Source: Obrimoposthia wandeli
Taxonomy: Eukaryota
Length of the DNA: 64,000 nt
NCBI GenBank assembly: GCA_977020255.1
Contig: CDROCS010000122.1
Coordinates: 248,001 to 312,000 of the forward strand
Reading direction: 5' to 3'
Positions 23,123-33,176 of this stretch are shown here, piece by piece; positions within the stretch are counted from its first letter, which is position 1, and each line of letters starts with the position of its first letter. The notes under the pieces are model-generated. The model had not been told where the DNA came from and made no database searches. It was given only the letters and a program-made list of their open reading frames with translations. The translations under genes and the position numbers were made by a program.

Positions 23123-24097
23123 TTACTCCGTGAAATGATCAAAACCGTGCAACTGCCAATCTAGCAGTTTATCGTTTTGGGTCAACTGAATACCTTGCCC
23201 TGGTCGCAACTGACCCACACACGTTGCTTTAACGCCAGTATGTGCGAGTGACGTATCGACAGCTCCTCGATTATGCTCTGGCACAGTAAAGCACAATTCA
23301 TACTCTTCACCACTGGTAAGCGCAAGTTGTTGTGCTTTTTGTCGATCACTCTCAAACGCCAGCAATTCATCAGAAAGAGGTAATTTATCAACATCAATAA
23401 CGGCTGAAACCTGCGACCGTTTTAAAATATGACCTAAATCTGAAATAAGACCATCAGAAATATCTAATGCCGCAGAAGCAATACCAATCAATGCTTGTCC
23501 GGTAAGTATTCTAGGGTGCGCTTTATAGTGTCGCTCTAATAAAGTCTTTCTTAACGCATCATCTGCAACCGTGACTTCATTGAGTAATATCGCCAACCCT
23601 GCCGCACTATCGCCAAGGTTTCCGGTAACATAAATCCAGTCACCAGAGTTTGCCCCTGCGCGCGTAAGCGCTTTCCCTTCAGGAACAAAACCATGAACGG
23701 TGAGGGTAATACTTAGCGGACCTTTGGTCGTATCACCACCAATAAGCTGCACATTAAAATATTCTGCTAGGGCAAAGAACCCTTCACAGAATTGGCTTAA
23801 CCATGCTTCATTAGGCTCGGGCATGGTCAGCGCTAGCGATACCCATGCTGGCGTTGCCCCCATTGCAGCTAGATCACTAAGGTTAGACGCTAGGGCTTTA
23901 TGGGCAATGAGTGCGGGGTCTGCATCAGCAAGAAAATGGGTTCCTGCAACAAGGGAGTCTGTACTTACGGCGAGGTGGCTGCCTGTAGGCACAGAAAGTA
24001 AGGCACAATCGTCGCCAATTGCGAGGGCAACATCACGACGATTGACAGATTGGTGCTCAAAATAGCGAGCGATAAGATCAAATTCGTTACTAGCCAT
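23123..24097 (-). CDS. thiL: Thiamine-monophosphate kinase
   Basis: EFDLI..YF, IGDDCA, NLSDLAAMGA, LIGGDTT, DISDGL, GEEYELCFT. Confidence 0.97.
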   Translation of the reverse strand: MASNEFDLIARYFEHQSVNRRDVALAIGDDCALLSVPTGSHLAVSTDSLVAGTHFLADADPALIAHKALASNLSDLAAMGATPAWVSLALTMPEPNEAWLSQFCEGFFALAEYFNVQLIGGDTTKGPLSITLTVHGFVPEGKALTRAGANSGDWIYVTGNLGDSAAGLAILLNEVTVADDALRKTLLERHYKAHPRILTGQALIGIASAALDISDGLISDLGHILKRSQVSAVIDVDKLPLSDELLAFESDRQKAQQLALTSGEEYELCFTVPEHNRGAVDTSLAHTGVKATCVGQLRPGQGIQLTQNDKLLDWQLHGFDHFTE

Positions 24098-24149
24098 AGT
24101 ATTTTATTATTAGTTGATGGATATGATAGTAAACAGAAAAATCAGATAG

Positions 24150-24174
24150 AAAAAAGGCCAGCAATTGCTGGCCT
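24150..24174 (-). terminator. Terminator-like hairpin after nusB
   Basis: AAAAAAGGCCAGC-AATT-GCTGGCCT. Confidence 0.65.
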
Positions 24175-24191
24175 CAAAACGTCTTTTTCGA

Positions 24192-24659
24192 TTACTTTTT
24201 ACGAAGTGTTGGTGCTGCTTTATCAAGCACACCGTTCACAAATTTGTGGCTATCTTCAGCACCGAATATCTTAGCTAATTCGATTGCTTCATTGATAACA
24301 ACTTTATAAGGAACATCTTCACGTTTAGTCATCTCATACATCGCTAAGCGAAGTAGAGCAAGTTCCATCTGGTCCAAATCTTGAAGTGGACGAGAAAGGT
24401 AAGGACGCATCTTGCTGTCCAATTCCTGATGGTTCTGTACAACACCAGTCAAAAGATCATGAAAGTAGCTCAGATCTGTATGTGGTGCAGCAAGAATAGG
24501 TGCATCAGCCTGGTGCTCTTCTTCTTCAAATTTGTCATCAGCAAGGAACTGTTGCTCGATTTCCGCAACATTACCCTTAGTGATCTGCCATGAATAAATT
24601 GCTTGGATAGCAAAATGACGAGCATTACGACGTGCAGCTGGTTTCACATTAACCCCCAT
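24192..24659 (-). CDS. nusB: Transcription antitermination factor NusB
   Basis: [39 protein letters not shown]. Confidence 0.97.
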   Translation of the reverse strand: MGVNVKPAARRNARHFAIQAIYSWQITKGNVAEIEQQFLADDKFEEEEHQADAPILAAPHTDLSYFHDLLTGVVQNHQELDSKMRPYLSRPLQDLDQMELALLRLAMYEMTKREDVPYKVVINEAIELAKIFGAEDSHKFVNGVLDKAAPTLRKK

Positions 24660-25129
24660 TAGGATTCGATTTGGGACAGTACATTTACCATTTCAAGCGC
24701 GCTTAGTGCAGCCTCTGCCCCTTTATTACCAGCCTTGGTACCGGCACGCTCAATGGCTTGTTCGATTGAATCTACAGTCAGAACACCAAATGCAACTGGA
24801 GTATTGTACTCTAGTGCAACTTGCGCCAGACCTTTATTACACTCGCCGGCAACATAATCAAAGTGTGGTGTTCCACCACGGATCACAGAGCCTAAAGCAA
24901 CGATAGCGTCATAACGATCGCTTCTAGCAACCTGCTGAGCTACAAGTGGTAACTCGTAAGCACCGGGGCAACGAACAACTGTAATATTGTCATCACTTAC
25001 CTGACCTTGACGTTTAAGCGCATCTAATGCACCAGCAAGTAAGCTTTCATTAATAAAGCTGTTGAAACGTGCAATTACGATAGCAATTTTTGCGTTTGGT
25101 GCCGCGATAGCGCCTTCAATTACATTCAT
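24659..25129 (-). CDS. ribH: 6,7-dimethyl-8-ribityllumazine synthase
   Basis: Start moved to MNVIEG (AGGAAGG RBS); [26 protein letters not shown]. Confidence 0.97.
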   Translation of the reverse strand: MNVIEGAIAAPNAKIAIVIARFNSFINESLLAGALDALKRQGQVSDDNITVVRCPGAYELPLVAQQVARSDRYDAIVALGSVIRGGTPHFDYVAGECNKGLAQVALEYNTPVAFGVLTVDSIEQAIERAGTKAGNKGAEAALSALEMVNVLSQIES

Positions 25130-25281
25130 GGGCCTTCCTGTGACTATGTCTTTCCGATACGAGAAACCGCGGGAGTCTATCACACTTTATATAAAAGTCG
25201 CTACGGACAACCACCGGTTTATTCGTTTGATTAAATTAAAGTCCTCTAAAGTGCTAATTGCACCTTGGGACAAAATAGATA

Positions 25282-26385
25282 TTATTCACAAATATATTCT
25301 ACAACTTCCAGGCCAAAACCTGAAAGTGAATGATAACGTTGCGTACTTGATGAAAGCAGACGCATTTTTGAAACGCCTAAATCCGATAAGATCTGAGAGC
25401 CTACGCCAACCTGACGAGATTGATCTTTCGGGTTCAATTTTACTTTAGGCTGTCCGTTATCGTTCGCTGCAAGGTTTTTCACTTTCGTGATGATCGTGTC
25501 GTGGCTTTCTTGCTTGCTCAGCACAACCAATACACCGCCTTCAGAAGCAATACGTTGCATTGCTGCAGGTAATGTCCATTGCGATGCGCCTGAATGTAGA
25601 ACATCTCTAAATGTGTCTTGCAAGTGAACACGTACTAACGTTTCTGCATTTTCTTTCACATCACCACTACGCAATGCATAGTGAATTTCATTATCTATGG
25701 TATCACGGTACGTAATCATATCGAACTCACCAAACTCTGTTGGTAAACGGCATTCTGCAATGCGTTCGATAGTGGTTTCGTTGTTATTACGATATTCGAT
25801 AAGATCAGCTATCGTACCTAACTTCAATCCATGCTTTTCAGCAAAAACTTCTAACTGAGGACGACGTGCCATTGTGCCATCATCGTTTAAGATTTCGACA
25901 ATAACACTTGATGGCTCAAGACCCGCTAAACGCGCAATATCACAACCCGCTTCGGTATGACCAGCACGGCTAAGTACGCCACCTTCTTGCGCCATTAATG
26001 GGAAGATATGCCCCGGCATTACGATATCAGAAAAATTTGCATCCGGTGCAACAGCGGCTTGTACTGTTGTTGCACGATCGGCGGCAGAGATACCTGTTGT
26101 TACGCCAACAGCTGCTTCAATAGAAACCGTGAAGTTAGTGCTAAACTGTTCAGTATTATCTTGTACCATTAACGGCAAATTGAGTTGCTTACAACGTGCA
26201 TGCGTTAAGGTTAAGCAAATTAAGCCACGGCCAAACATTGCCATGAAGTTAACTGCTTCAGGAGTAATTTTCTCTGCAGCAATGATAAGATCGCCTTCAT
26301 TTTCACGATCTTCATCGTCCATCAAGATAACCATCTTACCTTGACGAATATCATCAATAATTTCTTTCGCAGTGCTTAAAGCCAT
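25282..26385 (-). CDS. ribB: DHBP synthase fused to a degenerate GTP cyclohydrolase II domain (RibBX type)
   Basis: [22 protein letters not shown]; C-terminal LVRVH..GVGSQIL lacks the Zn-binding cysteines. Confidence 0.92.
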   Translation of the reverse strand: MALSTAKEIIDDIRQGKMVILMDDEDRENEGDLIIAAEKITPEAVNFMAMFGRGLICLTLTHARCKQLNLPLMVQDNTEQFSTNFTVSIEAAVGVTTGISAADRATTVQAAVAPDANFSDIVMPGHIFPLMAQEGGVLSRAGHTEAGCDIARLAGLEPSSVIVEILNDDGTMARRPQLEVFAEKHGLKLGTIADLIEYRNNNETTIERIAECRLPTEFGEFDMITYRDTIDNEIHYALRSGDVKENAETLVRVHLQDTFRDVLHSGASQWTLPAAMQRIASEGGVLVVLSKQESHDTIITKVKNLAANDNGQPKVKLNPKDQSRQVGVGSQILSDLGVSKMRLLSSSTQRYHSLSGFGLEVVEYICE

Positions 26386-26406
26386 AACAATACCCTTCTT
26401 TAATCT

Positions 26407-27063
26407 TTATCCTAAAAAACCAGTTCTTGCTAATAAGTCCATCGTGACTTCTGACTTTTTATCAGCGGCTTTATCGCCTAGCATTAACCGTTCTAAATAA
26501 CGGGCAATAACATCAACCTCCAAGTTAACGACACGACCAACTTGGAATGATTCCATTGTCGTTTCTGAAGCAGTATGAGGAACAATCGTCAGCTTAAATT
26601 CATCGCCACGAATTGCATTTACCGTAAGGCTGATACCATCAATCGATACTGAGCCTTTTTCAGAAATATATTTTGCTAAATGAGCTGGAGCCTTCACCCA
26701 AAATTCAATTGCGCGGCCAGTGTGAGTGCGTTCAATAATCTCACCCACCTCATCAACATGACCAGAGACCATATGACCGCCAAAACGTGTTGTGGGTAAC
26801 ATAGCCTTTTCTAAATTCACTTTCTGACCCGATTTATAGTCAGTAAATGCCGTACGCTTTAATGTCTCTAATGATAAGTCAGCAACGTAACCTTTACCGG
26901 TTAATGCTACAACAGTCAGACAAACCCCATTCGTTGCAATACTGTCACCCAGTTTTACATCAGATAAATCAAGGTTACCTGAATCAACCGTTACTGAAAT
27001 ATCTGCCCCTTTAGGCGTCAACGCAGAAATAGTACCGATAGCTTCAATAATACCAGTAAACAT
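26407..27063 (-). CDS. ribE: Riboflavin synthase alpha chain
   Basis: MFTGIIE N-terminus, GDSIATNGVCLTV, GGHMVSGHVD. Confidence 0.97.
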   Translation of the reverse strand: MFTGIIEAIGTISALTPKGADISVTVDSGNLDLSDVKLGDSIATNGVCLTVVALTGKGYVADLSLETLKRTAFTDYKSGQKVNLEKAMLPTTRFGGHMVSGHVDEVGEIIERTHTGRAIEFWVKAPAHLAKYISEKGSVSIDGISLTVNAIRGDEFKLTIVPHTASETTMESFQVGRVVNLEVDVIARYLERLMLGDKAADKKSEVTMDLLARTGFLG

Positions 27064-27091
27064 GTCTAAAATTCCTTGGTTCGCTCAAGCG

Positions 27092-28207
27092 TTAAACGCG
27101 AGCAATGATACGTAAATCAGGGCCAACCATACGAACATCGGTAATCTCAAGATTAGGGACTTGAGCCATTGATGTTAGCCCTTTAAAATTAATTAAGCCG
27201 CGACTATCACACCCCATCAGTTTAGGGGCTTGATAAAGAATCAGCTCGTCAACTAAACCAGCCGCCAGTAATCCACCCGCTAACTCAGCCCCCGCTTCCA
27301 CCCATATATGGTTAATATCTTGTTTCGCGAGTTCAAGCATGAGCATCGTTAAATTTAATTGCTCTGAATCATCTTTCCTCGGAATGAGGACTTGCGTAAC
27401 AGAATCAGGCCACGTTTCTTGCCCCATATAAGCACGTGCCAACAGGGTTTCCCCTACAAGACTAAACAGCTTAAAATCAGGTGTGACACGATTCTTACTG
27501 TCAATAATAACACGCGTTGGTTGGCGTAAGGCGGTTTCTGGGTATTCTGCTTTTACTGGCTCGCCCAGTTCACTCCAGCGTACATTCAATGATGGGTCAT
27601 CAGCGATAACGGTAGAGCTTGTTGATAGAATAGCCCCCGCTTGAGCGCGAAAGCGTTGCACATCGGCACGCGCTTCAGAACCGGTGATCCACTTACTTTC
27701 ACCATTTGATAATGCCGTACGCCCATCAAGGCTTGCTGCTAATTTTAGCTGCACATACGGTAATCCGGTTTTCATTCGCTTAATAAAGCCATGATTTAAC
27801 GCTTGTGCATCGGCTGCTAATAAGCCCGTTTGTACTTCAATACCCGCAATTTTCAGCATTTCAATACCACGCCCACCCACCTTAGGATTGGGATCGACCA
27901 TCGCGCAAACAACACGAGAAACATTGGCATTAATTAAGGCTTGAGCACAAGGTGGGGTACGACCAAAATGGGAACAGGGTTCAAGTGTTACATAAGCTGT
28001 CGCGCCTTTCGCTTGATCGCCAGCGGCACGTAAAGCAAACACCTCAGCATGAGGCTGACCAGCTTGATAGTGAAAACCTTCACCAACAATGGTAGCGCCT
28101 TGAGCAATAACGCAACCTACATTGGGATTAGGTGCTGTAGTGAAGCGACCACGTTTTGCCAATTCAATGGCACGTAGCATCATGGAGTGATCAATAGATG
28201 AGAACAT
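27092..28207 (-). CDS. ribD: Riboflavin deaminase/reductase
   Basis: PNPNVGCV, HAEV, TLEPCSH.GRTPPC, KLAASLDG. Confidence 0.97.
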   Translation of the reverse strand: MFSSIDHSMMLRAIELAKRGRFTTAPNPNVGCVIAQGATIVGEGFHYQAGQPHAEVFALRAAGDQAKGATAYVTLEPCSHFGRTPPCAQALINANVSRVVCAMVDPNPKVGGRGIEMLKIAGIEVQTGLLAADAQALNHGFIKRMKTGLPYVQLKLAASLDGRTALSNGESKWITGSEARADVQRFRAQAGAILSTSSTVIADDPSLNVRWSELGEPVKAEYPETALRQPTRVIIDSKNRVTPDFKLFSLVGETLLARAYMGQETWPDSVTQVLIPRKDDSEQLNLTMLMLELAKQDINHIWVEAGAELAGGLLAAGLVDELILYQAPKLMGCDSRGLINFKGLTSMAQVPNLEITDVRMVGPDLRIIARV

Positions 28208-28285
28208 CGAATGCATTCTTTTAGCTTAGAGAGTAATAGCCTAGCTCGCTGATTCTTTTAGAAAGCAGCAAGCTAATACTATTCT

Positions 28286-28735
28286 TTATTTTTCTAACTT
28301 GGCAATTTCTTCGCCAAATTCACGGATATCTTCAAAACTACGATAAACAGAAGCAAAGCGGATATAAGCAACTTTATCCAATTCTTTTAGTGCTTCCATT
28401 ACTAAGTTACCAATCATATCTGATGGTACTTCGCGTTCACCCGTTGCGCGTAAACGGGACTTGATCGTGTTAATTGCACGTTCTATATCATCTGCGCTCA
28501 CCGGACGTTTTTCTAACGCACGCTGAATACCACCGCGAAGTTTATCTTCATTGAACGAGTCGCGGTTACCATTCGTTTTTATCACTCTTGGCATCACCAA
28601 TTCGGCAGTCTCAAACGTTGTATAGCGTTCATTACACGCTAAACATTGGCGACGGCGACGAACTTGATGACCGTCTGCAACTAAACGGGAATCGATTACT
28701 TTGGTGTCATTGGCACCACAAAAAGGACAATGCAT
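28286..28735 (-). CDS. nrdR: Transcriptional repressor NrdR
   Basis: Start moved to MHCPFC; RRRRQC..C..RYTTFE, ATP cone, AYIRFASVY. Confidence 0.97.
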   Translation of the reverse strand: MHCPFCGANDTKVIDSRLVADGHQVRRRRQCLACNERYTTFETAELVMPRVIKTNGNRDSFNEDKLRGGIQRALEKRPVSADDIERAINTIKSRLRATGEREVPSDMIGNLVMEALKELDKVAYIRFASVYRSFEDIREFGEEIAKLEK

Positions 28736-28861
28736 CACGCCTCCTAATTTTCGTCGACTCAGTGTACCCCATTTCAACGCCAGAAAGAGAGTATAACCAT
28801 GGTTTTATTTATAATCTCATAACAAAAATACGACTCATTATGGCTATTTGTTCTGAAAAAC

Positions 28862-28887
28862 AAAACGGCACCGAAAAGGGTGCCGTT
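28862..28887 (-). terminator. Terminator after glyA
   Basis: Minus strand: AACGGCACC-CTTTTC-GGTGCCGTTTTG. Confidence 0.75.
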
Positions 28888-28944
28888 AATTTAGCGTTTA
28901 AGCACGAAGTGACAACTCATTAGTCACCGCGGCTCAAGTATTGA

Positions 28945-30195
28945 TTAAGCGTATACAGGTAAACGCTTACAGATTTCTAATACTTTCGCTTTCGTTGCTT
29001 CGATAACTTCAGGTTTACCTATGTTATCAAGCACATCACAAATCCAACCAGCAAGCTGCTTAGTATCTTCAACCGTAAAGCCACGACGAGTAATTGATGG
29101 TGTACCGATACGAATACCAGACGTTACAAACGGGCTACGAGGATCGTTTGGTACGCTGTTTTTGTTAACAGTAATGTTAGCTGCACCCAGTGCCGCATCC
29201 GCTTCTTTACCCGTGATACCTTTGTCGATTAAATCAACAAGGAATAAATGGTTCTCTGTGCTACCAGATACAATCTTGTATCCGCGCTCTAAGAATTCGC
29301 CAACCATTGCTTTTGCATTTTCAACAACACATGCTTGGTAAACTTTGAATTCTGGTTCCATTGCTTCTTTAAAGGCTACCGCTTTTGCGGCGATAACGTG
29401 CATTAATGGGCCACCCTGACCACCAGGGAATACCGCTGAATTCAATTTCTTATAAAGAGCTTCACCTTCATTAGAAAGAATTAGACCGCCACGAGGACCC
29501 GCTAATGTTTTATGCGTTGTTGTTGTTACAACATGCGCGTGTGGAACTGGGTTAGGATAAACACCTGCAGCAATAAGACCCGCAACGTGAGCCATATCAA
29601 CGAAGAAGTAGGCGCCCACTTTATCAGCAATTTCACGCATGCGCTTCCAGTCAACAACTTGAGAATACGCAGAGAACCCACCGATAATCATCTTAGGCTT
29701 GTGCTCTAACGCCAAGGCTTCCATTTCTGCATAATCGATCTGGCCGCTTTCATCGATACCGTAAGGAATGATGTTGTATAACTTACCCGAAAAGTTTACT
29801 GGTGAACCGTGAGTCAAGTGACCACCGTGAGCAAGGCTCATACCTAATACCGTGTCGCCTGGATTTAGTAGTGCCATGTAAACAGCGTTGTTAGCTTGAG
29901 AACCAGAATGAGGCTGTACGTTTGCGTATTCAGCACCAAAAAGCTGACATGCACGATCAATCGCTAGTTGTTCTGCTTTATCAACAAACTCACAACCACC
30001 GTAGTAACGCTTACCTGGGTAACCTTCAGCATATTTGTTAGTCAGCTGAGATCCTTGAGCTTCCATTACACGTGGGCTTGTGTAGTTTTCAGAAGCGATC
30101 AACTCGATGTGCTCTTCTTGACGTGCTGTTTCTTCCTGAATGGCTGCAAAAAGTTCCGCATCATAGTCGGCAATATTCATATCGCGCTTTAGCAT
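28945..30195 (-). CDS. glyA: Serine hydroxymethyltransferase
   Basis: Start moved to [12 protein letters not shown]; [23 protein letters not shown]. Confidence 0.98.
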   Translation of the reverse strand: MLKRDMNIADYDAELFAAIQEETARQEEHIELIASENYTSPRVMEAQGSQLTNKYAEGYPGKRYYGGCEFVDKAEQLAIDRACQLFGAEYANVQPHSGSQANNAVYMALLNPGDTVLGMSLAHGGHLTHGSPVNFSGKLYNIIPYGIDESGQIDYAEMEALALEHKPKMIIGGFSAYSQVVDWKRMREIADKVGAYFFVDMAHVAGLIAAGVYPNPVPHAHVVTTTTHKTLAGPRGGLILSNEGEALYKKLNSAVFPGGQGGPLMHVIAAKAVAFKEAMEPEFKVYQACVVENAKAMVGEFLERGYKIVSGSTENHLFLVDLIDKGITGKEADAALGAANITVNKNSVPNDPRSPFVTSGIRIGTPSITRRGFTVEDTKQLAGWICDVLDNIGKPEVIEATKAKVLEICKRLPVYA

Positions 30196-30272
30196 CTGTC
30201 TCTCCTGACTAAGGTAGTTATAACCACAATATTTTGGTAAAACGAAAAACCGCAAAGCTAGGCGACACGTGG

Positions 30273-30288
30273 ACGCAAACGTTTCCGT
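30273..30288. promoter_or_regulatory. PurR operator upstream of glyA
   Basis: ACGCAAACGTTTCCGT, near consensus; glyA is a known PurR target. Confidence 0.8.
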
Positions 30289-30591
30289 CTTACCAGTAAT
30301 TAACGCTGTATTTTACAGAAATTGATCTAAATCAGATACCCCTAAAATCATTTATTCTTACAATTTCTTCATGTTTATTATCGATGCTTACATGAATTAT
30401 TTTCATATTCCTGCAAACAGACTAAAGATAGGGACACTCACTAAATATAAATTCAAGAAAAATCAAAAAAAAACCATTTACAACAGTGTAAATAAATAGT
30501 TACAGTCTCTATTTTTCACTTTTACCGTACCACTTCTTTCTATGGGGTTACGCGATTAGAATTGCGCCCATAAATAATAAGGAGTTTTGTT

Positions 30592-31209
30592 TTGAACGGT
30601 TCCAAGCATTCATTAAATGAGAATATTATTGCCATTCTCACGGGTACATTTATCGTTGCTCAGGGAATATTCTTTCTTCAGCAAGCAGAACTTTTAACGG
30701 GTGGCACAACAGGGCTGGCACTGCTACTTACCCAGTTCGTTGATATTTCTTTTGGTACGTTATATTTCTTAATGAACACACCATTTTATCTAATGGCGTG
30801 GTTTCGCATGGGTAAGTCATTTGCTATTACCAGCATCATTTCTGGTGGTCTCGTTTCGATTATTACTGACAATTTACACCTTGTATTAGAAATCAGTCGA
30901 TTAGACCCTATCTATTGCGCCATTCTGGGTGGCCTATTAATGGGGTTAGGTATGCTAATTCTATTTCGTCATCGTACGAGTTTGGGTGGGTTCAATGTAC
31001 TCGTTCTGTACTGCCAAGAAAAATTTGGTATTCCAGCGGGTAAAATGCAGATGGGCATTGATATCAGTATTTTAGTGTGTTCATTCTTCTTCGTAACACC
31101 CTTTGTGCTTATGCTCTCGGTATTAGGTGCTGTTATGCTTAATCTTGTATTAGCTATGAACCATAAACCAAGCCGTTACAATTCAAGTACAGCGAAAGCA
31201 AGTCGTTAG
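30592..31209 (+). CDS. YitT family membrane protein
   Basis: TTG start; GGTTGLALL, LFRHRTSLGG..V, GKMQMGID. Confidence 0.88.
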   Translation: MNGSKHSLNENIIAILTGTFIVAQGIFFLQQAELLTGGTTGLALLLTQFVDISFGTLYFLMNTPFYLMAWFRMGKSFAITSIISGGLVSIITDNLHLVLEISRLDPIYCAILGGLLMGLGMLILFRHRTSLGGFNVLVLYCQEKFGIPAGKMQMGIDISILVCSFFFVTPFVLMLSVLGAVMLNLVLAMNHKPSRYNSSTAKASR

Positions 31210-31264
31210 TCGTTATAACAAATCAGATATGTTCAAATAGCAAAAAGGCTTACCAGTTATGGTA

Positions 31265-32000
31265 TAATACTGATCGTTTGATCCTGCCGGTCTCAACTTG
31301 TTTGAGGCCGATTTTTAAGTTTTCACTAGATAACTACCCTGATATCTTTTCGTAAAATATACCAAAATTAAATCGGTACAGCAGACTCTGCCATCGAAAC
31401 GTCTTCTGCAGAGCAGCAGTATGGCTCGCTGGAATTGGGCCGTTCAGTGGTGACGTGATTCGAACAACTCCACGCTTGCACAAGTAGCATCGAACCGGAT
31501 ATAGGAGTGGAACCGTTACGATCTATTACGATGGGAAAAAGATACCTCACCGACCCGCGTTTGCGGTTTCCTTATGCGCAACAACTGGTTCAATAATACA
31601 CTAACGTTATTTGACCGTGGTTTATGTCAGCAGAACTATTGCTATCATCGTCAGGTAGCACGCCGCATGACAAACTAATTAAAAATGCCAGCGCTGGATG
31701 ATTTCTGGTGCCAGGTTCTTAATTGATAATTCGTAAAGATCTTCTCAGAAGTATCCCTTTCAATAAATGGCACAATATCATAAAGTTGAGCCTGAATCAA
31801 CTTTATCAATGCGTTAAGGTTAATACAGGACGATTTATGGTGCTCAGGAAGAACGCGCCAGGGACGGTACCGAAAAAAGCTTCAAATTTAAGAAAAATGG
31901 AAAGCGATTATGCTGCCAAAGCAACGAACATCTCACCAAGGTGTGTGGTTATAAACCATCGTTATCCGTATAAATATAGAGCTGCTCGCTGTTAAGCGGC
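31265..32000 (+). mobile_element. Degraded IS4-family transposase relic
   Basis: Frameshifted fragments AEQ(A)VWL, GVEPLRS, YAQQLV..TLTLFDRG, NFINALRLIQD.LWCSGRT, PGTVPKK..PR.V..RYPYK follow IS4 transposase order; TAATACTGATC at 31265 resembles an IS4 end. Confidence 0.75.
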
Positions 32001-32053
32001 AATGCTTCCATGCTCGAATTATGGTAAGCCTTTTTAAGCGATATCTAATCTAA

Positions 32054-32376
<323 letters not shown>

Positions 32377-32476
32377 TCATCGTCCTTTGCTGAGTACGGG
32401 TCTACTTATGAATACAGGTATGTCACGTATAAACCTATTAACGTTAGCGCTATTATCACAGATTCAGCACTGTAAT

Positions 32477-32890
32477 TTAAGAGCTTTCCGTTTGTAGGCT
32501 AGTATTAGAATCCATCATTCGTAATAATAAAAACACGGCAAAGAGCAACACTATGCTGTTCAGGGTTAAGACCGCGATACTCCGAAACTCGTGAGAAATA
32601 AGGCTTGGTAAAAATGGAATAATACTAATACCAAAGAACATTGTGGCTGCCGGAATGAAAAAATACAGGGGAATAAAGCCCCACATCATACCTCGAAATA
32701 ACCCCACAATGGCACATATACCTGACATTAACACCAATATAGCGACAATACTCGGCACGATACCGACTTGATTATAGCTAAAGATAACCGTGAATGAGTC
32801 TACATACCTGAGTATACAAGTGGCAACTAATACCGCCAAGACCTTGGCTGCATTGGTTATATTTTTGTGTTTAAGATCGTCTAGTCTCAT
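32477..32890 (-). CDS. Hypothetical membrane protein (137 aa, about 4 TM)
   Basis: Hydrophobic ORF with AGGA RBS upstream of the ATG. Confidence 0.7.
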   Translation of the reverse strand: MRLDDLKHKNITNAAKVLAVLVATCILRYVDSFTVIFSYNQVGIVPSIVAILVLMSGICAIVGLFRGMMWGFIPLYFFIPAATMFFGISIIPFLPSLISHEFRSIAVLTLNSIVLLFAVFLLLRMMDSNTSLQTESS

Positions 32891-33076
32891 GTTTCATCCT
32901 TGATAAGACCTTGAAAATGCATAAAACCATGCATGTAATACGATTATACTTATTAGTAACAACTAATAAGTGTGACAGCTCTCAAAGTAAAAGTTCCATT
33001 TACCTGTGCAAGCCATTAATTCAATCATAACTGCATTAGATCAAAAAACGCACTACATTATGATCATTCAGACAAT

Positions 33077-33110
33077 AAAAAACCGCCACCCAAATAAGGA
33101 GGACGGTTTT
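33077..33110 (-). terminator. Probable terminator after purL
   Basis: AAAAAACCGCC..GGACGGTTTT imperfect stem with T tract on the minus strand. Confidence 0.55.
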
Positions 33111-33176
33111 AATACATTGAAATCAATACTATTGATTTAACCTATATCCATTAATTATGGATGGCCAATTTATAGA

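Noticed and set aside
24659-28207. rib cluster as a lux-associated operon, or with an FMN riboswitch
   Set aside because: Context is housekeeping nrdR-ribD-ribE-ribB-ribH-nusB; no lux genes and no RFN motif seen.
31723-31995. 90-aa ORF as a real gene
   Set aside because: Its C-terminal half is the IS4 transposase tail; it is part of the relic.
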